Part shown: piece after piece, positions 1-10,796 of the stretch
Layout: the number at the start of each line of letters is the position of its first letter
Position numbering within the stretch: the first letter of the stretch is position 1
Assembly: GCF_001194135.2 (NCBI RefSeq)
Contig: NC_068998.1
Location: forward strand, 22,055,808-22,089,582
Reading direction: 5' to 3'
Origin: Octopus bimaculoides
Lineage: Eukaryota
DNA: 33,775 bases
Notes under the pieces: generated by a model
What the model was told of the DNA's origin: nothing
Databases searched by the model: none
What the model saw: the letters and a program-made list of their open reading frames with translations, nothing else
Translations under genes and position numbers: made by a program

Positions 1-367
1 CTATATCACACCCCACTGTCAACATATACACACGTCCCCGTCATTTTCTCTCTCTTTCATTTTATGCTGACATCAAACGAAATGTTCGTTTCCACATCAA
101 AGTTCAAATAAATTTTTTTTACGGAATTTATCGAACGCTGAACCCTAATAGCTGATAGACCGTTCACAACTCTGTGACTCAAAACAAAGGATAGTCCTCG
201 CCCAAACTTATCTCCTGACATAAAATCTTCGGTGATATAATGATACCAGAAATAAATCACTGCTTTAATCCCCACCTCAAAACCCCCCCCCAAAAAACCT
301 CTACTATCCAATTAGTGGAACACCTCAAAACAACAACTTAAATGGGATATCATAACAATAACACCAA

Positions 368-387
368 GTGTGTGTGTGTGTGTGTGT
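368..387. repeat. (GT)10 microsatellite
   Basis: Direct reading of the sequence. Confidence 0.95.
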
Positions 388-555
388 AGACTTACAATAT
401 ATCATGTTAAGAAATTCTTTCACAATCATTCAATAAAACTCAAAATGGGATAAAGAGTACACGCTATATCCGCCTAAACAGTGCCAACTGGCTATACGAC
501 ACACGATCTGTGTCCTTATATTTCCGAACAGGGGAGTTGAGTACCCACACGAATA

Positions 556-602
556 TCTGTGGATCGCAACGTTTCAGGGTTATTTCCCTACGTCAGCACA
601 GA
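556..602 (-). ncRNA. Type I hammerhead-ribozyme-like motif (Penelope/retrozyme-type)
   Basis: Minus strand reads TCTGTG-CTGACGT-AGGG-AAATAA-CCCT-GAAA-CG-TTG-CG-A-TC-CACAGA. It has a 6-bp helix I (UCUGUG/CACAGA), a 4-bp helix II (AGGG/CCCU), GAAA, a short helix III and a UC cleavage site. Deviations: A9->U and a bulged A in helix III. Confidence 0.55.
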
Positions 603-1125
603 ATACATGTTTGGCTGAGGTGGCGCCGCTAAACACTTGTTCGAAAATATATATAATGTTGTAAATGACACACAGATACGGAGCTAATAAGTAGAAACAT
701 TATTGTTCCTAAATCTTCCAGCGAGAGATATTCAGAGACCCTGCGCAAGGGAAATAGTCGATGAGAAATATTAGAAATATGTTTTTGGAGAAGATGTAAA
801 AACGGACAAAGGGACGGCATTGTAAATGCAAGAATTTCGTGCTTGTCTATATGGATTTGCATTTTTTAATATGTTCATTGGTCTTTCATGGAGCAGGTTG
901 TGATTTGAGGGAAATTTAGCGAGTGCTCACCAATGTTTGGATCTTACCTCGTTGGTTATGAGCTAAATTCTTGTTAGTGGTTATTCTAGGATGAGTTGAG
1001 TCGATGATGAAAGCCCGTTATTTTATATCAGAAATAATAGTAACATTGCTTCTAACTTCAGCAGGATTTTCCACCATGTGACATCTGATTGTTGAACGAA
1101 ATTACCAAAGAACGCTATATCTTTC

Positions 1126-1426
1126 TGTTGTTGCTGGAGACACAAAACCATCTGCGAGAATAGACTTGACTGAACAACTGTAAATAGTAGCGGAGAAAGA
1201 GAGAGTAGGTGTTAATCGTAGGAAATTGTAAGGTGTTGTGTTCGTAGTTTGTCGGAATATCGTTTGTTACTTCGTGTATAGTTCGTGCAGAGCTTGTTAG
1301 ATTGTAACCTCGTTGTTAACTTGCTTCGTTATATATTTTATTGATACTACATGGTTATAGCGCACACAAGTGTCGTCGTAAATACCGGCTATACTAAAAT
1401 AATTGGTGACGAGTAATTATGTTACA
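1126..1426 (+). repeat. 5' LTR (301 bp)
   Basis: Starts TGTTG and ends TTACA. Aligns with 4772-4977 at about 80% by manual count (shared blocks AGAATAGACTTGACTGAA and AATTGGTGACGAGTAA). Carries an 85-bp block (1175-1259) that the 3' LTR lacks. Confidence 0.9.
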
Positions 1427-1431
1427 AGAAT

Positions 1432-1444
1432 TCGCGACGAGGAT
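1432..1444 (+). promoter_or_regulatory. Primer-binding site, tRNA-Ser(GCT)-type
   Basis: TCGCGACGAGGAT, 5 nt after the LTR end, is 12/13 identical to TGGCGACGAGGAT, the complement of the metazoan tRNA-Ser(GCT) 3' end (...ATCCTCGTCGCCA). Confidence 0.75.
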
Positions 1445-1497
1445 ACGAAGCTCAAGCAGGCTAGTTAACAGATTTTTGTGAGACAAAGTTGTGAATT

Positions 1498-4400
1498 ATG
1501 GAAGACCTAGTAGCTGCCAAATCTAGAGTAAGATTAATACCTCATTAAGGCAAGAACATCAACAAGAGTTGCAGAAAGAATTACTTCAGCAACAGGAAAA
1601 ACAACAACAGTTGATGGAGATTCGGAAACATTAAATGTTCGTTTTTGCCAGACGGCAGACGGCGTAACAGAATTAAGTTATGACCTAGAGGATGGCCTAA
1701 CGTTGGCAGCGTACTCTAGAAGGTATGAAGACATCTTCAAGGAAGATTGCAGGTTGTGGACAGACAACGAAAAAGTAAGACTGTTATTATCAAAATTAGC
1801 ATCGGCTGAACATGAAAAATTTCAAGATGGATTGTATTTTCAAAATGCAAAAATGTTACAGTTGCTCAAACGTAGAACACAAGATCTCACGTTGCAGAGC
1901 AAAGTTAGGTAGGTCAAACATAATAAATTCTAAAGTTTTCTCAACGGAAAGTAGAAGCGAGGAAATTTGTACATGTAAAATGAAGGGAATATTGAATTAC
2001 AACTAGATACTGGTAGTGACATCACGATTATTAATACCGACACGTGGATAAGAATTGTGAAACCTACGTAAAGAAAAGAACATCAAAAATTGCACGAGGT
2101 GTGACAGGTGGAAAACTATACTTCGTAGGCAAAATGTGGAGTGGTATTTTGGGGGGAAAAAAATGTAGAGCAAACGTTTTTCTGGTACAAAATGCAACCA
2201 ATCTTTTCGGTACGGAGTCGTTGGAGTTGTTTGACTAATGGAACCACCCCATAAATCTTTTCTGTAAAAAAATAAAAAGCTCTCCCAACAGTGAAAATAA
2301 CTCAGCAACTGAATTGAAGAAAAAAATTAAAACACTTGTTTCCTGAAGTTCTTTGGGATAAATTATGTCTGTGTTCTAAGACTGAGGCGTGTTTTCAAAA
2401 AAGGAAAACGTTGTACCTTATTCAAACCTAATAGAAAGGTACCATTTACTGCGATAAATCAGGTAGATGAAGAAATAGACAAACTGGAGAAATTGGGAAC
2501 TATTCAAGAAGTAGATTATTTTAGGTAGGCAGCACCAACTTTGTGTATTAACATAAGCGACAAATTGAGGACGTGTACCAATTATTCTACTGGTTCGAAT
2601 GACTGCTTAAAAATGTTCCTCTATCTACTGCCTACTATGGGTGATATTTTTGCAAAATTAAACGGCGGTAAAATATTTTCGAAACTGGATCTGTCTGATG
2701 CGTATCTCTGAATTAAAGTAGACGAGTTTCTAAGAATGAATACGCACAGAGGACTATACAAATATAATAGATTGCCATTTGATCTGTAGGTCGCACCTGC
2801 AATATTTCAACAGGTTATGGATGCGATGTTGACAGAATGTCAATTTGCAATTCCATACCTCGATGATGTATTACTTAAAAGTAAATCTTGTAATCAGCAC
2901 ATCGAACATGAGAAGTGTGGTTTTCAAAAACATAAGAGATTACGGTTTCACACTCAGTGAGGAGAAATGTGAATTCTTTAAGCTTGAAATTAAATATTTA
3001 GGATGAATTATAGATAGAAATTGAAGACGACCTGTCCCATCGGGTGTAGACGCAATGAAACATATGCCTCCCCACATAACATAGCGATATTACAAGCTTT
3101 TCTTTGTCTAGCGAACTGTTATCAAAATTACATACCAAATTGAGATCTCCGCTTAATAATTTGATAACGAAAGACGCCAAATGAAATTGGTCAAATAACT
3201 GTCAAAAAGCATTTCATGATACTAAAAGAATATTAATATCGGATTTGTCGCTGGCTCATTTCGATCCTGCAGGGGAAATTGTTGCAGCTCCTGGAGCTCC
3301 CAAATACGGTGTTGGAGCAGTTTTGCTACACAAGAGGGTAATATGAAGGCGGTGTTCATGCCTCAAGTTCTCAGATCTCGGCAGAAAAAAACACTACAGT
3401 CAGATAGAGAAGGATGCTCTAGCGATTATTTTTGCCTTGAAGAAATTTCACAGATTTTTCCACGGTAGAATTATTCGACTTCAGGCCGACCACCGACCGC
3501 TAATCTCAATTTTAGGATCAAAGAAACAAATTCCTACCGATACAGCTAACAAATTACAACGCTACGATTCAATATTGTTAAATTACAATCTTAAAATGGT
3601 GTGCATTCCTTCTAAGAAAATTGACCATGCGGATTGTTTATCTAGGCTAATTCCAAAGAATGAGGATCCGCTGGAAGATGCGGAGATAGCCGCATTACAA
3701 TCAGAGAAGGAAATTAAAAACGTTGTGTATAATATCATACAGGAGTTGCTAGTGACTGTATAAAATATAAAAAGTAAATAAGTGGAGGAAAATACATCAT
3801 AAAAATAAACAAAGGGAAACATGAATGCGAACCATTTTTCACTCTACGACGATGTATTAATTTACGCAAAAAGAGAGGTAGTACCAATTGTACTACAGAA
3901 ACGAATGTTACATGAATTTCATAGTGGACACCCGCAGATGTCAAGAAGAAAGCTTTGATGACGAGTTACATGTATTGGCTGAAAATGGAGCGAGACATTG
4001 AAAATTTGGCAAAACCATGTAGATGTTGTGCGCTAGCAGCCAAGGCACCACCGTGAAATACCAATCGTAGACTGAGACAATCCAGAGTACATAAGCACTA
4101 CGCTGGACCAGTGAATGGCGTGTACTACTTGAGCATTGTTGATAGCTTTACCCAGTGGCGGAAGTATGTAGGTGCAGTCAATCTACCTCGGAGGCAACAA
4201 TAAAGTTCCTGCACGTTACGGTGTTCCGGTCACCGTAAGTATCGGACATTGGAACACAATTTACAGAATATGAGTTGAAGACATTCTACAAAATGTATGC
4301 GCTCAACCACATGTTTAGCCCGACGTACCACCTGAGGTCAAATTAGCAAACAGAACGATTCGTAGATACTGTCAAGCGAGCGTTACAAAAGCAAGGAACG

Positions 4401-4666
4401 AGCTAGGAAATGACGAAGCGCTAACTTAATTCTTAAAGATGTAAAGAATAATTAATGAAAGGCCAACGATGAGAGCAGAAACGACCGACACCTAAATCAA
4501 TTACAAATCAGATATACAAAAGAAAGGAAGGAAATTTGTAATGGAAGTGTTTTATGACATGTTCGAAGTGCCAGCACCAAAAGAGAATGGGCGTAGAAGG
4601 AGCAGTAACAGAAAACCTAAACAAACTGAACATTCAGAAATAATTCCTCAGCGGAAAAGGTACTGA
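1498..4666 (+). pseudogene. gag-pol polyprotein pseudogene
   Basis: Gag: RYEDIFKEDC..KVRLLLSKL (~1720-1800) and CCHC knuckle CYSCSNVEHKISRC (1854-1895). Protease: LDTGSD (D at 2006). RT: KLDLSDAY, RLPF, APAIFQ and YLDD (2856-2867). RNase H: YSQIEKDALAIIF..DHRPL..HADCLSRL (~3395-3650). Integrase: H-SGHP, CRCC, YAGP..IVDSF, ERFVDTVK. The frame ends RKRY* at 4666. Confidence 0.92.
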
Positions 4667-4761
4667 AATCGCTAGGGAGGCATTTCAAAAAGGGAGTGGT
4701 GTTGTAAAGTAGGAAGAAAAAAAATGGCATAAATTTGGTTTGCTACGGAAGTCGAAATCTC

Positions 4762-4771
4762 AAAAGGGAGA
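4762..4771 (+). promoter_or_regulatory. Polypurine tract of the Gypsy element
   Basis: AAAAGGGAGA immediately before the TGTTG start of the 3' LTR. Confidence 0.8.
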
Positions 4772-4977
4772 TGTTGTGTCGAGAGTCACGACACATCCTA
4801 CAAGAATAGACTTGACTGAATCGTTTGTTGGTCCGTGTATAGTTTGTAGAGAGTTTGTTGGATTGTTACGCTGTTATCGTTATATATTTAATTGTTACTA
4901 CACCGTTATGGTGTAAACAAGTATCGTCATAAATAGTGACGATATTATAGCAATTGGTGACGAGTAACTACGTTACA
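4772..4977 (+). repeat. 3' LTR (206 bp)
   Basis: TGTTG...GTTACA, collinear with 1126-1426 apart from an 85-bp and a ~10-bp indel. Confidence 0.9.
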
Positions 4978-6334
4978 ATACATTCTATGCAGCATCTAAC
5001 ACTAGCTTTCTCAACGTTCCTCTTCCTTATCTTTTCCCTTCAACTTCAGTTTCCCTCTGCTTTCCATCTCGCTTTTGTCACTAATTTTGTTTTACGATTT
5101 ACCTTTCAAATCTTCAAGGTAGGTGTTGGACCTAACATGCCAGTTAAAATTAATTACATGAGTGTGCGTTTCGCAGAGATATTTTGTGGTATATTTAGAA
5201 GGAGATTAATTAAGTTATGAGTGAACACCTTTTTAAAATAGGTTTGACATCATCACCGTAGACATTCTTCGAATATGAGAAAGCCTCTCTTTTATGAATA
5301 TTAATACAAGCTTCCTAAGTCTTCAACGTCGGTTAAGATAAGATGTATTTTCACTCTAGTGCAATTATACTAATCAGTCGCATATGTGTGTACTGAAAAT
5401 CTTTTCAAACTAGTACTCTAGAATGAAATATGCAGGTGTAACGGTTTTTATCAGAATTTAACTCTTTATTTGTTTGTCTTTGAAATGTAATTTATTATTA
5501 AAGCTGTTTCAAATAAATAGATTTTACAGAACATGTACTCCTTTAAAAGGTAAAATTTCTGCTACTGCATCTTTTTGTTTGTTCTGCAGCTATTCTCATA
5601 TGATACGAAGTCGTCACAGTGAAAAGTATATGCAATTCAATCAACGGCTATTACTTTTAGATGAGGTGCCGTCAATTTTCTCTCTCACATGAATAGGTTG
5701 AAATATATTTCACAAGCGAAATCAATATGTAAATGGCTGTCCTTCGCTGGCGTGCTAATGCAATTAGAATTCCGTACATATATTTTAAATGTTTCGAAGA
5801 AAGTAAGCCAGTAGCATTGAACTATCTTGACCGACACTCAGGAACTGATAATATAGTTGTAGATGAAAGAATTTGATATATTCACTCATACATATATACA
5901 TAGATACATCAGTATACGTACTAACTCCAAATATTGCAGAAACATACAAACATGCACAAATAACTTGAATTTTTTTTATTCTTAAATTCCGATGTAAGAG
6001 ACTTGGAACTAGGTTACACACCAGTTCTCTCTCCATTGGCGAGATATCTAGAAATAAAACTGAACAATACCATACATAAATGCATATGTATCTGTGTTGA
6101 AGTTCATTTTAGATGATGTATGAAATGAAGAGCAAAAGGCATGTATTTGAATAACAAAAATATTATATACCAAACAACACAGATCTTGTATTTATGGAGA
6201 TATCCTTTCCTCTAATATCAGATAAGTTAAATCAATTGCCTGGCAACAGAGACTACACCATATGAGAAGAGAAAGTAATCTCGAAGTTGACAACATTGAT
6301 ATATTATGAATGAAAGGACAAAAGGCTAAATGTA

Positions 6335-6366
6335 GACACGTGTTTCGACATTAGTGGAATTTTCAG
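6335..6366 (-). ncRNA. Degenerate minimal hammerhead-like motif
   Basis: Minus strand CTGAAAA-T-TCCACTAATGTC-GAAAC-ACGT-GTC has GAAAC plus a palindromic helix III (ACACGUGU) and a GUC site. G8 is mutated and helices I and II are eroded. Confidence 0.35.
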
Positions 6367-6607
6367 CAAAACACCTACTCTAACCTAAGTTTTACAGATG
6401 GAAAAGTGTAGGGCAGGTACATTACGAGTAATGTGTTAGATATTTTCAATAACTGCATTAATTTCTGACAAACACCCACTGACATGGTTGCGTTTGATAT
6501 TGACGAAAACGATTAATATAGATCTAAACCAACATCCATAGCTTGTTTGAGCTCTTAAATGAGTTAGCAGTAGATAGCAGATTGAGTCAGGTTGGGTTTG
6601 CGCACCA

Positions 6608-6636
6608 CAACAGCAGCAGCAACAACAACAACACCA

Positions 6637-6710
<74 letters not shown>
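6608..6710. repeat. Compound microsatellite (CAG)3(CAA)4...(TAC)24
   Basis: Direct reading; (TAC)24 occupies 6639-6710. Confidence 0.95.
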
Positions 6711-6712
<2 letters not shown>

Positions 6713-6834
6713 TAAACCAAATGACCTAGTCATATAAAGCATCACCGTTTATTACAAAGAATTACATGTATAAAAAAGGAATCATTAAAACTAATATGGT
6801 AGAAAGAACACAACATAAAGAATGTTATATGGTT

Positions 6835-7160
6835 CACGTTTACTCACTCAGTTTAGAGCACCTAACATGCCATTACATTTAGTAGCAAAGTGAGCCCAGT
6901 ATTTCTTTCTGAGCGATTTCGGTTTGGAAACGGCCCTTGCTTTAATGACATATCTGTTTTGGTTTACTATTGTTTTCTATTGATTTTGGATCATAGCGGA
7001 AAATAATGATAAAAACTTAGCCTACCGAAATCAACAAGTTACGAAAAGTTTTGAAAAATCTCTCCCTAGCGCCAAAAATATCCAGTATTAATTTTTTAAT
7101 GCAGGCCGATGGTCGTATATATTTTAGTTAAGGTATAAGATACTGCCCCAAGGATTATCT
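6835..7160 (-). mobile_element. Old, highly diverged SINE copy (probably the same family as 10797-11080)
   Basis: Short patches (TTTACTCACTCAG, GAGCACC, GCCCAGTATTTCTTTCT, GATACTGCCCAAGG) fall in the order expected for the reverse complement of that SINE family. Confidence 0.3.
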
Positions 7161-8439
7161 ACAAGATCCTTCATCTGAACATTTTGAGTCTGTGATTTAT
7201 GCTGATAGATCTACTTGTATGCCACATCGTTTTTTCGCTCAATTTCCTCACGCTAACAGACAGAAAATTTAGTGACGATATTGCCAGACCTTCCTATGAG
7301 TACAAGATCCATTCCATTAACATTTTCAGTGTTTAAATTAATATCAGCTAAAATGTTTATCCGCTCATAATTTGAATTGAAAACAATGTTTGTGAGGGAC
7401 AGAGAATATGTTGATTATGCTGTTGTCGCTTCTGCTATATTGATTTTGTTGTTATAATTCTATATCAAGGTCGGCTTCGGTGCTTAAGAAATTTTTACAT
7501 TTTCTTGGAAATTTGCTACTCTCGGTCTTTTATATTATCTTACTTTATTTATTTTTGTAGAAATAGTTGGAGTTTCCTTCCTTTGGAAATCATCCTACAC
7601 AATTTGCTTATTATTTTTATTTGTCCCCAGCGTCTCATTTATATTCTCCAATGTCCTTATGTTGCCACTAACTGAACGCTGGATTCACGTGTCAGTTTGT
7701 TTGACTAAAGAAAAGCAAAGTTTGCAATTACTGTATCGTTGGTGCTGATGATATTTCGTTGATTTCTTGCCGGTGACGGTATTACTGATGTTGTTTATCA
7801 TATTGGTGGTTTCTTAGGCCGCGTTAAGGAATATTGCCACCTACAAATCTACCATCACATTCCTTGACGATTCCATTGAGAGTCACAGTTGTTTGTTTGG
7901 ATCATTGTGATCATGTCATTTATTTCATTCTTTGAAAGAATAGCACTAGTGAACAGGTGTGGTTATACAGTATAAAACATATATCTGCTTTGTAATGGTA
8001 TCACATAGAAGTAGAAATATTTTAACATGTAAACACACATAGGAACCACAAATAGTCTTGGTGAACCAACACAAGCTTAGTGAATGCAAATGACAGCTTA
8101 GTGAACACAAGTTTAGTGAATGCAAATAAAAACTGGTTTCTGGTTTAGGTCCAAGGTCAGTAAGTTATCAAGAACGAGGTAGTCTATAGATCATCCCCAG
8201 AAGATCAGTGGTATTTCATTTTCTTGAAAAGAGTTACAAGTAAGTTTGCCCTTAAAATAAACACTGCAAGGTCGTTTTTTACCATAAGATAAAGATTTTG
8301 GCATTTCATCTAATTCTTGAACAGTTAATAATAACAAATAACAAAACAATAAAATACTTCAGTTCACACAATACTGCTTAAACTGTAGAAAGAAGCACAT
8401 AATTAAATTGAATGTCGATACTTTCCTGGCAATAATGCT

Positions 8440-8540
8440 ATTAGGATGAGAAGTAAAGTCAACCGTGGAAGCGTATAAAGCCAGAACGTATAAATAGATG
8501 TTGGTGTAAACTACTCAACACGCTATCGCTTCTTCCAGCT
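8440..8540 (-). mobile_element. Diverged tRNA-derived SINE head (same family as 18940-19038)
   Basis: Minus strand AGCTGGAAGAAGCGATAGC...TACGTTCTG...GGTTGACTTTACTTCTCATCCT parallels the copy at 18940-19038 and the octopus SINE consensus as recalled. Confidence 0.45.
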
Positions 8541-9369
8541 GTTTAACTAATAGCGTAGAGAAATCATTGCACGCTATATTGAAATATAAAATAAATCGTA
8601 GTGATATTTATTCAGTATTTGTATAAAGAAAAATAATCATCTCGCTAAACTGCATTAAGTGACCCATACAAATCAGCGTTTAGAAGTGAATTGCAAAAAT
8701 TGAAAAAAAGAAATAGATTTCACTCTTTTACTGTTTTAATTGTCAAGAAATAATCTATCGGTCTTTCCCCCAAAACACAACACCATTACACTGGTGAATG
8801 TAACAATGACAATTGTCTTGAAATATTTTAAACAATTTTCTGAGATACTTTGTGCTATTCTTCTGCGACGGTGGATATTTGAGAGAAACGTAAAATAAAT
8901 TAAACAAAGTGACTTTAGTGGCCTCCTTTTTTTCTTCCATTTTGTTTAGCTGTTACAAAAACAGTTGGCTCCATACAGTCGGAAATTTGAAATGATATTG
9001 GAGACTAAATATGAAATGAGATACCAAAAGAAATAAAGAAAAGAATGACTTATAAGTACATTTTAATCTTGTAATCATATTAGGTGTTTTGTTATTTATT
9101 GTTCTATTTCAGTTTTTTCATTTCATGCAATCATTTCAAAAGATCATATTACATATATTTCTATACAGAACTAATTCATCACAAATGTATTTACTCATTC
9201 TTAATATATTGTTTTAAGTTATTCTAGCATAATTCTTGGCAATTCTGAAACAAAATAGTTATGAATTATTTTCATAAATATGAATTTTCGTCTGTGAAAC
9301 AATTTTTTTCCTATACATTGTAGTAACTATATATTTGCTAAATGACATCAAAAATGGCATTTAAATTGC

Positions 9370-9370
<1 letters not shown>

Positions 9371-9421
<51 letters not shown>
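9371..9421. repeat. (TATC)12 microsatellite
   Basis: Direct reading; forms the 5' flank of the LINE. Confidence 0.95.
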
Positions 9422-9423
9422 GT

Positions 9424-10183
9424 CTTTGGCCGAACTGCAGTTGGGGATCAAATAGAGACCGAGGCTAGGCGAATGACACCGCGAGTGCCGCCTTGCTCTC
9501 AAGCAACTCCGCCATCCGGGACCAAACTTGTGCGACTTCAATTCCACAAGGGCGTTCTATAGAGTATTAGTGGAGGGGATGTGCGACGACGCTATCGGGC
9601 AGAATCTGGGCGTCAACAAGGAACACCTGACCCGCCTGTTCAGGACAACTTTCGAGCCGGGACCTATGGACAATCACCAAAGATCCCTTGCCTGGCAGTG
9701 CCATAGAGAAGCATTACCCATTCGGGATAAGCTCTACAAGCACGGCTCGAGACACACCGGACCGACTTGCCCGAGATACGGTCAGAGCGACGAAACCGTT
9801 CTGCATGCACTCGTGGAATGTCCAACCATTTCGAACCTGTGGGCTTATACCGAACGGCTGCTGTCGTGTGTGGGACGAGTTCGCCTGTCGGCAGAGTCTG
9901 TCGCGAGAATTGCTCCACCACCTTCCCTTAACCAGGAAGGCAAGGCAGTCTTCATCGTACTGGTGGCCATAGCGAAAGAATGTGGGTGGTGGACTCGAGC
10001 GAAATGTCTAGAGACAAACACAGCTCTGGCTAATCGCTCATCAACGTTTTCAAGTACCACTTGAAAAGTAAGGTGAGAATAGAGAGGGAAGTTTTGCCTC
10101 GTGAAAGTTTCAATAAAAGGTGGGTGAATGTAGCAAAGATGGTGTGTGCGAGTGACGAAACCACTTTGAGCAGGATCCTATAA
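9424..10183 (+). pseudogene. LINE ORF2 C-terminal fragment (zinc finger)
   Basis: ORF 9528-10064, plus an in-frame upstream part with two stops and a downstream frameshifted tail. Confidence 0.8.
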
Positions 10184-10474
10184 ATCGGAAAGAGAGAGAG
10201 AGAACACTTTGCTCTCATGTGTTTATTCCCTCTCTGCCTGAGATTACCATGGTTTTTCCGCAAGCTTTTCTTTCCACGGATAAACCTAATCTTTCTTTTT
10301 ACACTTTTAATTTTTTTCTGTGACACACGATCCCTTTTGATCGTTTCTTTTCTTTCTCACGATCACTCTTGATCGGAATTTTATTTTTTTCCTTTTCTTC
10401 TACTTTTGAAAAGAAAAGCTTTACATTGTATTTTGTCCCTTCTATGTTCAGCCCTGTGTGGCCAAAAAAGGAAG
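9424..10474 (+). mobile_element. 5'-truncated non-LTR retrotransposon, Tx1/L1-clade type (ORF2 C-terminus plus 3' UTR)
   Basis: GC-rich block encoding LAWQCHREALPIRDKL..TCPR(Y)GQSDETVLHALVEC (zf-RVT-like CCHC finger at 9768-9821, second Cys changed to Tyr). After a frameshift it continues FKYHLKSKVRIERE..FNKRW..* (TAA 10181-10183), followed by a T-rich 3' UTR and A6 at 10464-10469. Confidence 0.85.
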
Positions 10475-10478
10475 TTGC

Positions 10479-10479
<1 letters not shown>

Positions 10480-10550
<71 letters not shown>
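10480..10550. repeat. (TATC)17 microsatellite
   Basis: Direct reading; forms the 3' flank of the LINE. Confidence 0.95.
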
Positions 10551-10644
10551 GTGCATCTTTGCGTCTGCGTATATACGTTTGACTCCGTATTAGATTGTAT
10601 GCGAGTGAATGTGCACTTATGTAGCAATAGTGTACTGAAATACA

Positions 10645-10658
10645 CACGCACGCACATT

Positions 10659-10720
<62 letters not shown>

Positions 10721-10796
10721 CACATACATATATACATACATCAATATACACACACACGCACACTCACATACATACACAGACGCACTCATATATATA
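10645..10796. repeat. (CA)n/(TA)n compound microsatellite
   Basis: Direct reading. Confidence 0.9.

Larger units (their letters stand above)
1126..4977 (+). mobile_element. Decayed Ty3/Gypsy LTR retrotransposon (Mag / K02A2.6-like)
   Basis: Two homologous LTRs (TGTTG...TTACA), a PBS, a PPT, and gag-PR-RT-RH-INT motifs in Gypsy order. There are many stops and frameshifts, and no TSD is visible. Confidence 0.95.

Noticed and set aside
629-862. 77-aa minus-strand ORF and surroundings as a Penelope GIY-YIG/RT remnant upstream of the hammerhead
   Set aside because: Manual translation of the minus strand showed no GIY-YIG or RT motif.
6543-6737. ORF with poly-Tyr
   Set aside because: Translation of the (TAC)24 microsatellite.
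7300-7920. Possible LINE relic on the minus strand
   Set aside because: Only vague similarity and no ordered motifs.
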